Positions 35,741 through 44,097 of a DNA stretch of 64,000 bases are shown here, piece after piece (the first letter of the stretch is position 1; each line of letters starts with the position of its first letter). The stretch lies in NCBI GenBank assembly GCA_046727155.1, contig JBKPCB010000014.1:22695-86694 (forward strand), in the 5' to 3' direction. The position numbers were made by a program, and so were the translations under genes. The notes below the pieces were generated by a model. The model saw only the letters and a list, made by a program, of their open reading frames with translations. It was not told where the DNA came from and ran no database searches. Origin of the DNA: Candidatus Methylomirabilota bacterium. GTDB lineage: Bacteria; Methylomirabilota; Methylomirabilia; Rokubacteriales; CSP1-6.

Positions 35741-37672
35741 ATGACTCCGTCCACGGTCGTTCACGTCGCGGTCGACACCGCCATCGAGCGGGCCCAGCAG
35801 TTCCTCCTCTCCGCCCAAGCCCCCGACGGCCACTGGGTCGGGGAGCTCGAAGCCGACAGCACCATCACCAGCGAGTACCTGCTCTTCTGCCATCTGACGG
35901 ACAGGGTGGACCGCGAGCGGGAACGGAAGATGGTGACCTATCTTCGCGGGGAGCAGCTGCCGGACGGGGGTTGGAGTCTCTACGAGGGAGGGGTTTCGAA
36001 TCTCTCGGGCACGATCAAGGCGTATTTCGCCCTCAAGGTGGCCGGCGTGTCATCGGACGACCCGGCGATGGCGGCGGCTCGCGCGCTGATTCGGGAGCGG
36101 GGCGGGCCGGTCGAGGCCAATGTCTTCACCAAGATCTTACTGGCGCTGTTCGGGGAGTTCGACTGGTCGGGCATCCCCGCGATGCCGGTGGAGATCATGC
36201 TGCTGCCGCGCTGGTCCTATTTCAACCTGCTCGAGGTCTCGTACTGGTCCCGGACGGTCATCGTCCCGCTGTTGATCCTGATGGACAGCAAGCCCGTCCG
36301 GCGCCTGCCCCAGTCCTGCCGCCTCGACGAGCTGTGGCCGGTGCCCCGCCACCGTGCGAGCCTGCGCTTTCACCGCGTGCCGCGGCCGTTTTCGCCCAAG
36401 ACGTTCCTCTGGAAGAACTTCTTCATCGGCGTGGACGACTGCCTCAAGGGATGGGAGCGCCTCGGGCCGCGGCCCCTGCGGGCGCGCGCCGTCGAGGCGG
36501 CGCGGCGCTGGCTCGAGGACCGGCTCGCCGTGCCGGGCGGCCTGGGCGGCATCTTCCCCGCGATGACGAACTCGGTCTTGGCGCTGCGAACGCTCGGCTA
36601 CCCGGACGATCACCCGCTGATCCGGGGGCAGATCAAAGAGATCGAGGCGCTGGGCATCGAGTCGGCCCAGTCGCTGCACTATCAGCCCTGCGTCTCGCCG
36701 GTGTGGGACACGGCGCTGGCCATCAATGCGCTCATCGACTCGGGCCTGCCGGCCGACCATCCGCAGCTCAGGCGCGCGGCGGACTGGCTGATGGACGAGC
36801 AGATCACCGTGCCCGGCGACTGGCAGATCAAGCGCCCAAACGTGCCGCCCGGCGGCTGGCCGTTTCAGTACCACAACGACTTCTACCCGGACCTGGACGA
36901 CACGGGCATGGCGCTGATGGCCATCGAGAAGACGAGCGGCCTCGACCCGGAACGTCGACAGCGCTGCGTCGGGCGCGGCCTGGCGTGGTTTCTCGGCATG
37001 CAGGGCAATGACGGCGGATGGGGATCGTTCGATGCCGACAACAACCGGCTCATCTTCAACAATATCCCGTTCGCCGACCACGGAGCCCTGCTCGATCCCT
37101 CGACCGAGGATCTCACGGGGCGCGGCCTCGAGCTGCTGGGCACGCTGGGCTTCGGCGCGGATCACCCCGCGGCGCGGCGCGCCCTGGGCTTCATCCGACG
37201 CACCCAGGCGGCGGAGGGCTCGTGGTACGGGCGCTGGGGAGTGAATCACATCTACGGCACCTGGTCGGTGATGCGCGGGCTGGCGGCCATCGGAGAGGAC
37301 CTGTCGCGACCCTACGTGCGGCGCGCGGTGGCCTGGCTCCTCAAGCGGCAGAATGCGGATGGCGGCTGGGGCGAGACGCTCGCCTCCTATGACGATCCCG
37401 CGCTGGCCGGCCGGGGCGATTCCATCCCGAGCCAGACGGCATGGGCGCTTCTCTCGCTATTCGCGGCGGGGCACACGGAGGGACCGGAGGTGGAGAACGG
37501 CATCCGCTACCTGATCGCCACCCAGGCCGCGGACGGCTCCTGGGAGGACCCGCTCTGGAACGGCACGGGCTTCCCGCGTGTGTTCTATCTCAAGTACCAT
37601 TATTACGCCAGGTACTTCACCGTCTGGGCACTGGGTGTCTATCGGAGCTCCCAGCGGAGCACGGACTCGTGA
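35741..37672 (+). CDS. shc: squalene-hopene cyclase
   Basis: QW repeats, DxDDTA catalytic motif (DLDDTGMA) and GGWG repeats. 643 aa from the ATG at 35741. The upstream ORF extension is low-complexity. Confidence 0.9.
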   Translation: MTPSTVVHVAVDTAIERAQQFLLSAQAPDGHWVGELEADSTITSEYLLFCHLTDRVDRERERKMVTYLRGEQLPDGGWSLYEGGVSNLSGTIKAYFALKVAGVSSDDPAMAAARALIRERGGPVEANVFTKILLALFGEFDWSGIPAMPVEIMLLPRWSYFNLLEVSYWSRTVIVPLLILMDSKPVRRLPQSCRLDELWPVPRHRASLRFHRVPRPFSPKTFLWKNFFIGVDDCLKGWERLGPRPLRARAVEAARRWLEDRLAVPGGLGGIFPAMTNSVLALRTLGYPDDHPLIRGQIKEIEALGIESAQSLHYQPCVSPVWDTALAINALIDSGLPADHPQLRRAADWLMDEQITVPGDWQIKRPNVPPGGWPFQYHNDFYPDLDDTGMALMAIEKTSGLDPERRQRCVGRGLAWFLGMQGNDGGWGSFDADNNRLIFNNIPFADHGALLDPSTEDLTGRGLELLGTLGFGADHPAARRALGFIRRTQAAEGSWYGRWGVNHIYGTWSVMRGLAAIGEDLSRPYVRRAVAWLLKRQNADGGWGETLASYDDPALAGRGDSIPSQTAWALLSLFAAGHTEGPEVENGIRYLIATQAADGSWEDPLWNGTGFPRVFYLKYHYYARYFTVWALGVYRSSQRSTDS

Positions 37673-38472
37673 ACGATCCCGACGCTCGGCCCTTTCCGCT
37701 TCCCGTGCGGCCCGTCGAAGCCCTCGGCCGGCTCGCGCTCTACGTCGTCGAAGCCCTCGGCCGGTTCGGCCGATTCCTGATTCAGGCGGTGACCTTCACC
37801 TTCGTCCCTCCGTTCAAGGTGGGTCGCCTGCTGAACCGCATTCATTTCATCGGGTTCCGCTCGTTGACCATCGTCATCCTCACCGGGGGTTTCACCGGCA
37901 TGGCCCTCGGGCTGCAGCTGTACCTCACGCTGATCCGCGTCGGCTCCGAGGCCTTCGTGGGGCCGGGCGTCGGGCTCGCGCTCGTGCGCGAGTTGGGCCC
38001 GGTGCTGAGCGCGGTCTTCGTCACCGGCCTGGCCGGCTCGGCCCTCACCGCCGAGATCGGCATCATGCGGATCACCGAGCAGATCGACGCCCTGCAGGTG
38101 ATGGCGCTGAACCCCATGCGCTACCTCGTGGTTCCCGCGATGGTGGCGGGCGTGATCACCTTCCCTATGATGACCGCCCTTTTCGACGTGGTCGGCATCT
38201 ACGGCGGCTATGTCGTGGCGGTGCACCTGCTGGGCCTGTCGCCCGGCACCTACTTCGGCGAGATGCAGTCGTTCACCGACATGACGGACGTGATGGTCGG
38301 GTTCTGGAAGTCGCTCGCCTTCGGCATCCTCGTCCCCTGGGTCTGCACTTACAAGGGGTTCCACTGCGGGCACGGCGCGGAAGGTGTGGCGCGCGCCACC
38401 ACCGAGGCGGTCGTGCTGTCCTGCGTGCTGATCCTCGTGTTCAACTACTTCCTGGGCTCGGTGCTGCCGTGA
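37669..38472 (+). CDS. mlaE: MlaE-type ABC transporter permease (lipid trafficking)
   Basis: GTGA overlap with the shc stop. MlaE/Ttg2B-like 5-TM pattern. Confidence 0.8.
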   Translation: MNDPDARPFPLPVRPVEALGRLALYVVEALGRFGRFLIQAVTFTFVPPFKVGRLLNRIHFIGFRSLTIVILTGGFTGMALGLQLYLTLIRVGSEAFVGPGVGLALVRELGPVLSAVFVTGLAGSALTAEIGIMRITEQIDALQVMALNPMRYLVVPAMVAGVITFPMMTALFDVVGIYGGYVVAVHLLGLSPGTYFGEMQSFTDMTDVMVGFWKSLAFGILVPWVCTYKGFHCGHGAEGVARATTEAVVLSCVLILVFNYFLGSVLP

Positions 38473-39215
38473 TCCGCGTCGAGAAGCTGTACAAGCGCTT
38501 CGGCCGGCAGGAGGTCCTGCGCGGCGTCAACCTCGAGGTCGCCACCGGCGAGATCATGGCCATCATCGGCCGGAGCGGCAGCGGCAAGACGGTCTTGCTC
38601 AAGCACCTGCTGGGCCTTCTGCACCCCGACGCGGGCCGCATCCTCGTGGACGGGACCGATATCACGCACCTGCGCGGCACGGCGCTCGAGCCGGTACGGC
38701 GACGCTACGGCGTCGTCTTCCAGGGCGGGGCGCTCTTCGACTCCATGTCGGTGTTCGAGAACGTGGCTTTCCCCCTCCGGGAAAAGACCCGGCTGAGCGG
38801 CGCCGAGATTCGAGAGCGGGTCGAGGAAAAGCTCGCGCAGGTGGGGCTGTCCGAGATGGGGCACAAGAACCCGGCCGAGATCTCGGGCGGCATGCGCAAG
38901 CGCGTCGGCATCGCCCGCGCGCTGGTGACCGATCCGGAGATCGTGTTCTTCGACGAGCCGACGACGGGGCTGGATCCCATCCTCGTCAACACCATGCATC
39001 ACCTGATTCGCGAGCTGCACCAGAAGTCGCGTTTCACCGCCGTGATCGTGAGCCACGAGATCCCCGAGATCTTCACAGTGGCCGACCGGATTGCGGTGCT
39101 GCACGACGGCGTGATCGTGGAGACGGGCCCATCGCAGGCGATCCAGGAGTCGGCCAATCCGATGGTCCAGCATTTCATCCGCGGAGAGGTCGAAATGACG
39201 GAGGAAAAGCCATGA
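38469..39215 (+). CDS. mlaF: MlaF-type ABC transporter ATP-binding protein
   Basis: Walker A GRSGSGKT. Signature ISGGMRKRV. Walker B VFFDEPT. GTGA overlap with mlaE. Confidence 0.85.
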   Translation: MIRVEKLYKRFGRQEVLRGVNLEVATGEIMAIIGRSGSGKTVLLKHLLGLLHPDAGRILVDGTDITHLRGTALEPVRRRYGVVFQGGALFDSMSVFENVAFPLREKTRLSGAEIRERVEEKLAQVGLSEMGHKNPAEISGGMRKRVGIARALVTDPEIVFFDEPTTGLDPILVNTMHHLIRELHQKSRFTAVIVSHEIPEIFTVADRIAVLHDGVIVETGPSQAIQESANPMVQHFIRGEVEMTEEKP

Positions 39216-39652
39216 AGCGCTCATACGTGGACCTGGCCGTAGGCGTGTTCGTCCTGATCGGCATCTTGGCATTGGGCTGGCTTTCCGTTAAACTCGGCAA
39301 GGTCGAGATCTGGAACACGGGCGGCTACACGGTCACCGCCGACTTCCCTTCCGTCGGAGGGCTCAAGGATGGCTCCTCCGTAGAGATCGCCGGTGTCGAG
39401 GTCGGGCGCGTGAGCAGGATCGCGCTAGCCGACTACCAAGCGCGCGTCTTTATCGCGATGCGGCAGGGCGTCAAGCTGCAGGAGGACTCGATCGCGTCGA
39501 TCAAGACCAAAGGCCTGATCGGCGAGAAGTACATCCGGATCAACCCGGGTGGCTCCGAGAAGATCATCCCCCCCAACGGGAAGATCCGCGAGGTTGAGCC
39601 GCCGGTGGACTTCGAGGAGTTGCTATCCAAATATATCTTCGGCAAAGTCTAA
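39212..39652 (+). CDS. mlaD: MlaD-type MCE-domain substrate-binding protein
   Basis: N-terminal TM followed by an MCE domain. ATGA overlap with mlaF. Confidence 0.8.
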   Translation: MKRSYVDLAVGVFVLIGILALGWLSVKLGKVEIWNTGGYTVTADFPSVGGLKDGSSVEIAGVEVGRVSRIALADYQARVFIAMRQGVKLQEDSIASIKTKGLIGEKYIRINPGGSEKIIPPNGKIREVEPPVDFEELLSKYIFGKV

Positions 39653-39677
39653 AGGGGGGCTGCGTGTGGAGGCTTCG

Positions 39678-40328
39678 ATGACTCGCGTTCGCGTAGGGGC
39701 GGTGGCGCTGGCGTGTCTGCTGACGGTGTCGCTCGGCGGGGTGGCGTGGGCCGGTTTGCCCACCGATCAGCTCAAGGGCGCCATCGACCGTGTGATCAGG
39801 ACGCTCGAGGACCCAAGCCTCAAGGGCGAGGGCAGGGTGATCGACCGACGCCAGGCCGTCCGCAAGATCGCCAACGAGATCTTCGACTTCACCGAGATCG
39901 CCCGCCGGTCCATGGCGCGCCACTGGCAGCCGCTGAGCGACGCCCAGCGCACGGAGTTCGTCGGCCTCTTCGGCGACCTGCTGGAGCGCTCCTACATCTC
40001 GAAGATCGAGCTGTACGGTGGCGAGAAGATTCTGTACACGAACGAGCGCGTGGACGGTGACTTCGCCACGGTGGGCACCAAGATCATCACCAAGAACGGG
40101 ACCGAGGTGCCAGTGGACTACAAGATGCTCAGAAAGAGCGACCACTGGCTGGTCTACGACGTCAACATCGAGGGCGTTAGCCTCGTCTCGAACTACCGCA
40201 CCCAATTCAACAAGATCATCCAGACGACGTCCTACAACGAGCTGGTGAGCAAGCTCCGGACCAAGCAGGACGAGCTGCTGGCCGAGGACGCAGCCCAGCG
40301 CAAGAAGGCGACGCCGACCAAGAACTAG
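39678..40328 (+). CDS. MlaC/Ttg2D-like periplasmic lipid-binding protein (HpnM-like)
   Basis: Signal peptide. Toluene-tolerance Ttg2 family pattern. RBS GTGGAGG. Stem-loop downstream. Confidence 0.7.
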   Translation: MTRVRVGAVALACLLTVSLGGVAWAGLPTDQLKGAIDRVIRTLEDPSLKGEGRVIDRRQAVRKIANEIFDFTEIARRSMARHWQPLSDAQRTEFVGLFGDLLERSYISKIELYGGEKILYTNERVDGDFATVGTKIITKNGTEVPVDYKMLRKSDHWLVYDVNIEGVSLVSNYRTQFNKIIQTTSYNELVSKLRTKQDELLAEDAAQRKKATPTKN

Positions 40329-40367
40329 ACGCCCCGGTGCTCCCGGGAGCCCGACAGATTCGCCGCC

Positions 40368-40397
40368 GGGGGAAGCGGGTTCCAGCCTGCTTCCCCC
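40368..40397 (+). terminator. stem-loop GGGGGAAGC-N12-GCTTCCCCC between the MlaC-like gene and ppm
   Basis: 9-bp perfect stem. Could be a terminator or attenuator separating the mla genes from the phosphonate genes. Confidence 0.3.
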
Positions 40398-40418
40398 GCG
40401 GCCTATAAGGAGTTCGGT

Positions 40419-42086
40419 ATGACGAAGGCTGCACTGCTCCGCGCCACGCTCCGCCGGCTGGGCCTCGTGCCCATGGTGGGCGCTCATGACGCCCTCTCGG
40501 CCAAGCTCATCGAGGCCGCCGGGTTTCCCGTGATCTGGTCCTCGAGCTTCGCCGTCTCCGCGGCTCAGCGCGCCGTTCCGGACGTGAATCTCCTGACCAT
40601 GACCGAGAATCTCGAGGCTGCCAAGTACATCAACGACGCCGTGACGGCCCCCGTGATCGCGGACGTCGACAACGGCTACGGCAATGTAGTCAATGTGGTG
40701 CGCACCGTGGAAGAGTACGAGCGCGCCGGAATCGCCGGCATCTGCATGGAGGACAACGTCTTCCCGAAGAAGTGCAGCCTCTACCCTGGAATGAAGCGGG
40801 AGCTGCTGTCGCTCGACGAATTCGCGGGCAAGATCCGGGCGGCCGTCGCGACCCGGCAGGATCCCGACTTCCTGCTCATCGCTCGCGTGGAAGCGCTCAT
40901 CGCCGGCTGGGGCATGAAGGAGGCCCTGCGTCGGGCCCAAGCCTACGCCGATGCGGGCGCCGACATGATCCTCATGCACTCCAAGTCCAAGACTGCCGCT
41001 GAGATTCTGGAGTTCATGCGCCTCTGGGACCGTCCGACGTCGGTCGTCGTGGTGCCGACGCTCTACCCGTCGGTGACCTTCGAGGAGCTCGAAGGTGCGG
41101 GCGTCAAGATGGTGATCTGGGCCAACCAGGTGCTGCGCGGCGCCGTGCAGGGCATGCAGGCCACGCTCGAGACGCTTGCGCGGGAGCGCCGGCTGGACGC
41201 GCTCGACCCCCACATCGTACCGCTCGAGGAGATCTACCGCCACGTCGGCGTGGAAGAATTCAAGGCCATCGAGGAGGCGTATCTGCCGGCGGCCGCGGGC
41301 CAGGCCAAGGCCGTCATCATCGCGGCGGGCTCGGGCAAGTCGCTGCTGCCGCTCACCGAGGACCGGCCCAAGTGCATGCTGGACATCAAGGGTCGTACGA
41401 TCCTGGAGCGCCAGATCGAGACGCTGCGCGCCTGCGGCGTGCACGACATCGTGGTGGTCCGCGGCTACAGGAAAGAGATCGTCACGGCGCCCGGCGTCCG
41501 CTTCTATGACAACGACCGCTACGACGAGACCGGCGAGCTGGCGTCGCTATTCAGCGCCGAGGCCGAGCTTGCCGGCCCGTTGCTGTTCCTCTATTCGGAT
41601 ATCATGTTCGAGCAGGCGGTGCTCGAGAAGCTCCTGCGCGCCGAAGCGGACTGCGCCGTCGTGGTGGACCGCGCCTGGGTGGATCAGCGCGACCGGCTGA
41701 TGTCCCTCGGCAAGCCACTCGACCTGGTGATCACGAAGAACGCGCCTCCCGCGGGCTTGCGCTCGCTGCCGGCGGCAGGCGACGACACGCTCCTGGCGGT
41801 CGGCCAGCGCATCCGCCCGGAGCAGGCCACGGGCGAGTTCATCGGGCTGGCGCGGTTCTCGGAGCGTGGCGCCCAGCTCGTCAGCGAGACCTACCGCGAG
41901 TGCCGCGCCGCGGCCGCCGGCCGCTTCCACGAGGCCGACAGCCTGGAGCAGGGCGCCTTCACGGATCTGCTGCAGGAGCTGGTTGAGCGTGGACACACGG
42001 TGGCCTGTGTGGATGTCTACAAGGGTTGGCTCGAGATCGACACCTTCGAGGATTACCAGCGCGCATGGGCCGAGATAAAGAAGTAG
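40419..42086 (+). CDS. ppm: phosphoenolpyruvate phosphomutase fused to C-terminal nucleotidyltransferase (cytidylyltransferase-like) domain
   Basis: N-terminal ~290 aa has PEP mutase/ICL-family blocks (EDNVFPKKCSL, ILMHSK, IARVEALIAGWG). C-terminal ~260 aa has an NTP_transferase G-rich loop (IIAAGSGKSL). Confidence 0.85.
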   Translation: MTKAALLRATLRRLGLVPMVGAHDALSAKLIEAAGFPVIWSSSFAVSAAQRAVPDVNLLTMTENLEAAKYINDAVTAPVIADVDNGYGNVVNVVRTVEEYERAGIAGICMEDNVFPKKCSLYPGMKRELLSLDEFAGKIRAAVATRQDPDFLLIARVEALIAGWGMKEALRRAQAYADAGADMILMHSKSKTAAEILEFMRLWDRPTSVVVVPTLYPSVTFEELEGAGVKMVIWANQVLRGAVQGMQATLETLARERRLDALDPHIVPLEEIYRHVGVEEFKAIEEAYLPAAAGQAKAVIIAAGSGKSLLPLTEDRPKCMLDIKGRTILERQIETLRACGVHDIVVVRGYRKEIVTAPGVRFYDNDRYDETGELASLFSAEAELAGPLLFLYSDIMFEQAVLEKLLRAEADCAVVVDRAWVDQRDRLMSLGKPLDLVITKNAPPAGLRSLPAAGDDTLLAVGQRIRPEQATGEFIGLARFSERGAQLVSETYRECRAAAAGRFHEADSLEQGAFTDLLQELVERGHTVACVDVYKGWLEIDTFEDYQRAWAEIKK

Positions 42087-42198
42087 TGCGAGCCGAGACA
42101 CGGCCGGGTTGTGTCGGGCGTGTGGCAGTTCGAGGTGAGGGCCGAAGGCACGAGCCGAGGGCTGAGTTGATCGCGAGCGGTGAAATGGTTCGAGAATG
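42084..42198 (+). repeat. MIRU-like intergenic repeat, copy A (stop codon of ppm through start codon of ppd)
   Basis: More than 90 % identical over ~115 nt to copy B, including TAGTGCGAGCCGAGACACGGCCGGG…GTCGGGCGTGTGGCAGTTCGAGG…GGCACGAGCCGAG…ATCGCGAGCGGTGAAATGGT.CGAGAAT. Confidence 0.7.
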
Positions 42199-43359
42199 AT
42201 TTCAGGTAAAGAGTTCGTCGCCCTGCTCGAAGCGCAGGGCTACGACTTCTTCTCGGGCGTTCCCTGCTCGCTCATGGAGAGCGTCATCAGTGCGCTCGAA
42301 TCCCATCCCCGGCTGCCCTACGTGCCGGCGGTGCGCGAGGACGTGGCCGTCGGGCTGGCCGCCGGCGCCTGGCTGGCGGGTCGCGCGCCGATGGTGCTGA
42401 TGCAGAACTCCGGGCTCGGCACGAGCCTTAACGCCCTGGTCTCGCTGTCCCTGATGTACCGGCTGCCCGCCCTGCTGCTGGTGACCTGGCGCGGCTACGA
42501 GGGCAAGGACGCGCCCGAGCATCTCGTCATGGGCGAGATCTCCCCGAGCCTGCTCGGCCTCATCGGCATTCCCCACCGCGTGCTCACGGCCGAGCGCGTC
42601 GGAGAGGACATCGCCTGGGCGCGCGCGGAATCCGAGCGCCTGAGTCAACCCGTGGCGCTGTTGCTGCCGCCTCGTGTAGTCGAGGCAGGCGCTGAAGGAC
42701 CCTTCGAGCCCTCGCCCGTCGCGCCGCCGGCAGCACCAGGCGGCGCCGCCGCTTCGGCCGCGCCTCGGCCTCCGCAGATCTCGAGGATGCAGGCGCTGCG
42801 GGCCGCGCTCGCCGCCGTCGCCGATGAGCCCGTCGTTCACGCCAATGGCTACATCTGCCGCGAGTCCTTCTCGGTCAGCGACCGCCCGCAGAATTTCTAC
42901 ATGATCGGCTCCATGGGCTTGGCCTCGGCCATCGCCCTCGGTGTGGCGCTGGCGCGGCCCGGCCGCAAGACGGTGATTTTCGACGGCGACGGCAATCTCC
43001 TGATGAATCTGGGCATCCTGCCGATGATCGGCGGCGGCCCGGTCATGGGTCGGGGCCGGCCACGGAATCTCGTTCACGTGGTCTTCGACAACGGCCTCTA
43101 CGGCTCGACGGGCAATCAGCTCTCGCCCTCGCGACACGTGGACCTGGATCGCCTGGCGCTGGCCGCGGGATACGCCTCGGCGCTGGCGGTGACCGAGCCC
43201 GCGGCGATCACGCGGGCGGTCTCTGCCGCGCTGGCCTCGGATGGCCCGCACTTCGTCCTGGCGCGCGTCACGGCCGAGGAGCAACCGGCGCCGCGCATTC
43301 CCTACCCGCCCCAGCAGATCCGCGATCGCTTCCGCGCGGCGCTGGGAGGGCTTGGATGA
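42196..43359 (+). CDS. ppd: phosphonopyruvate decarboxylase (ThDP-dependent)
   Basis: Ppd-type N-terminus (MISGKEFVALLEAQGYDFFSGVPCS). ThDP-binding GDG…N motif (FDGDGNLLMNLG). Confidence 0.85.
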   Translation: MISGKEFVALLEAQGYDFFSGVPCSLMESVISALESHPRLPYVPAVREDVAVGLAAGAWLAGRAPMVLMQNSGLGTSLNALVSLSLMYRLPALLLVTWRGYEGKDAPEHLVMGEISPSLLGLIGIPHRVLTAERVGEDIAWARAESERLSQPVALLLPPRVVEAGAEGPFEPSPVAPPAAPGGAAASAAPRPPQISRMQALRAALAAVADEPVVHANGYICRESFSVSDRPQNFYMIGSMGLASAIALGVALARPGRKTVIFDGDGNLLMNLGILPMIGGGPVMGRGRPRNLVHVVFDNGLYGSTGNQLSPSRHVDLDRLALAAGYASALAVTEPAAITRAVSAALASDGPHFVLARVTAEEQPAPRIPYPPQQIRDRFRAALGGLG

Positions 43360-44096
43360 AGGCCATCCTGCTGGCCGCCGGCGTCGCGCGCCGGCTGGCC
43401 CCGCTGACGGACCACACCCACAAGTGCCTGCTGCCGGTCGGCGGCCGGTCGCTGCTGGACCGCATGCTGGACGCGCTCGCCGGTTGCGGCGTCGCCGAGA
43501 CCGTGATCGTGGTGGGACACTGCCAGGATCAGGTCCGCGCGGCCGCGGGGACGGGCCGGGCCGCCATGCGCATCAGGTACGTGGAGAATCCAGAGTACCA
43601 AAAGGGCTCGATCCTCTCGCTCTGGCGTGCCCGCGGCACGCTCCTCGAGGACAGCACGCTGGTGATGGACGCCGACGTGCTGTTCCCCACGGTCTTCCTC
43701 GAACGGCTCATTGCCTCGCCCACGGCAAGCGCGCTGCTCCTCGACCGCGGCTTCAGCGACACCGGCGAGGAAGTCAAGCTCTACGCGGTCGGAGACCGGG
43801 TCATCGCCCTGGGTAAGAAGTTCGTTCCAGCGAAATGGGACGTGATCGGCGAGGGCATCGGGTTCTTCAAATGCAGCGCGCTTCACGCGCCCGAGTACAT
43901 CCGGCTGCTGGGCGAGTCCATCCAGGAAACCGGCGGCGCCAACGAGTACGAGGACGCCCTGCACCGGCTGCTGGCGCGCGTTCCCGTGGGCTGGGTGGAC
44001 GTCACCGGTCTGCCCTGGACCGAGGTGGACTTCGCCGAAGATCTGCGGCGCGCCGACGCCGAAGTCCTGCCCAAGATCGAACGCCTCGGGCATTGA
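43356..44096 (+). CDS. nucleotidyltransferase (LicC / sugar- or alcohol-phosphate cytidylyltransferase-like)
   Basis: ILLAAGVARRL G-loop at the N-terminus. 246 aa. ATGA overlap with ppd. Confidence 0.75.
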   Translation: MKAILLAAGVARRLAPLTDHTHKCLLPVGGRSLLDRMLDALAGCGVAETVIVVGHCQDQVRAAAGTGRAAMRIRYVENPEYQKGSILSLWRARGTLLEDSTLVMDADVLFPTVFLERLIASPTASALLLDRGFSDTGEEVKLYAVGDRVIALGKKFVPAKWDVIGEGIGFFKCSALHAPEYIRLLGESIQETGGANEYEDALHRLLARVPVGWVDVTGLPWTEVDFAEDLRRADAEVLPKIERLGH

Positions 44097-44097
44097 T

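Noticed and set aside
42117-42160. tRNA-like impression of GGCAGTTCGAGG repeats
   Set aside because: There is no cloverleaf, no GGTTCGAATCC-type T-loop and no anticodon arm. The sequence is part of the MIRU-like repeat.
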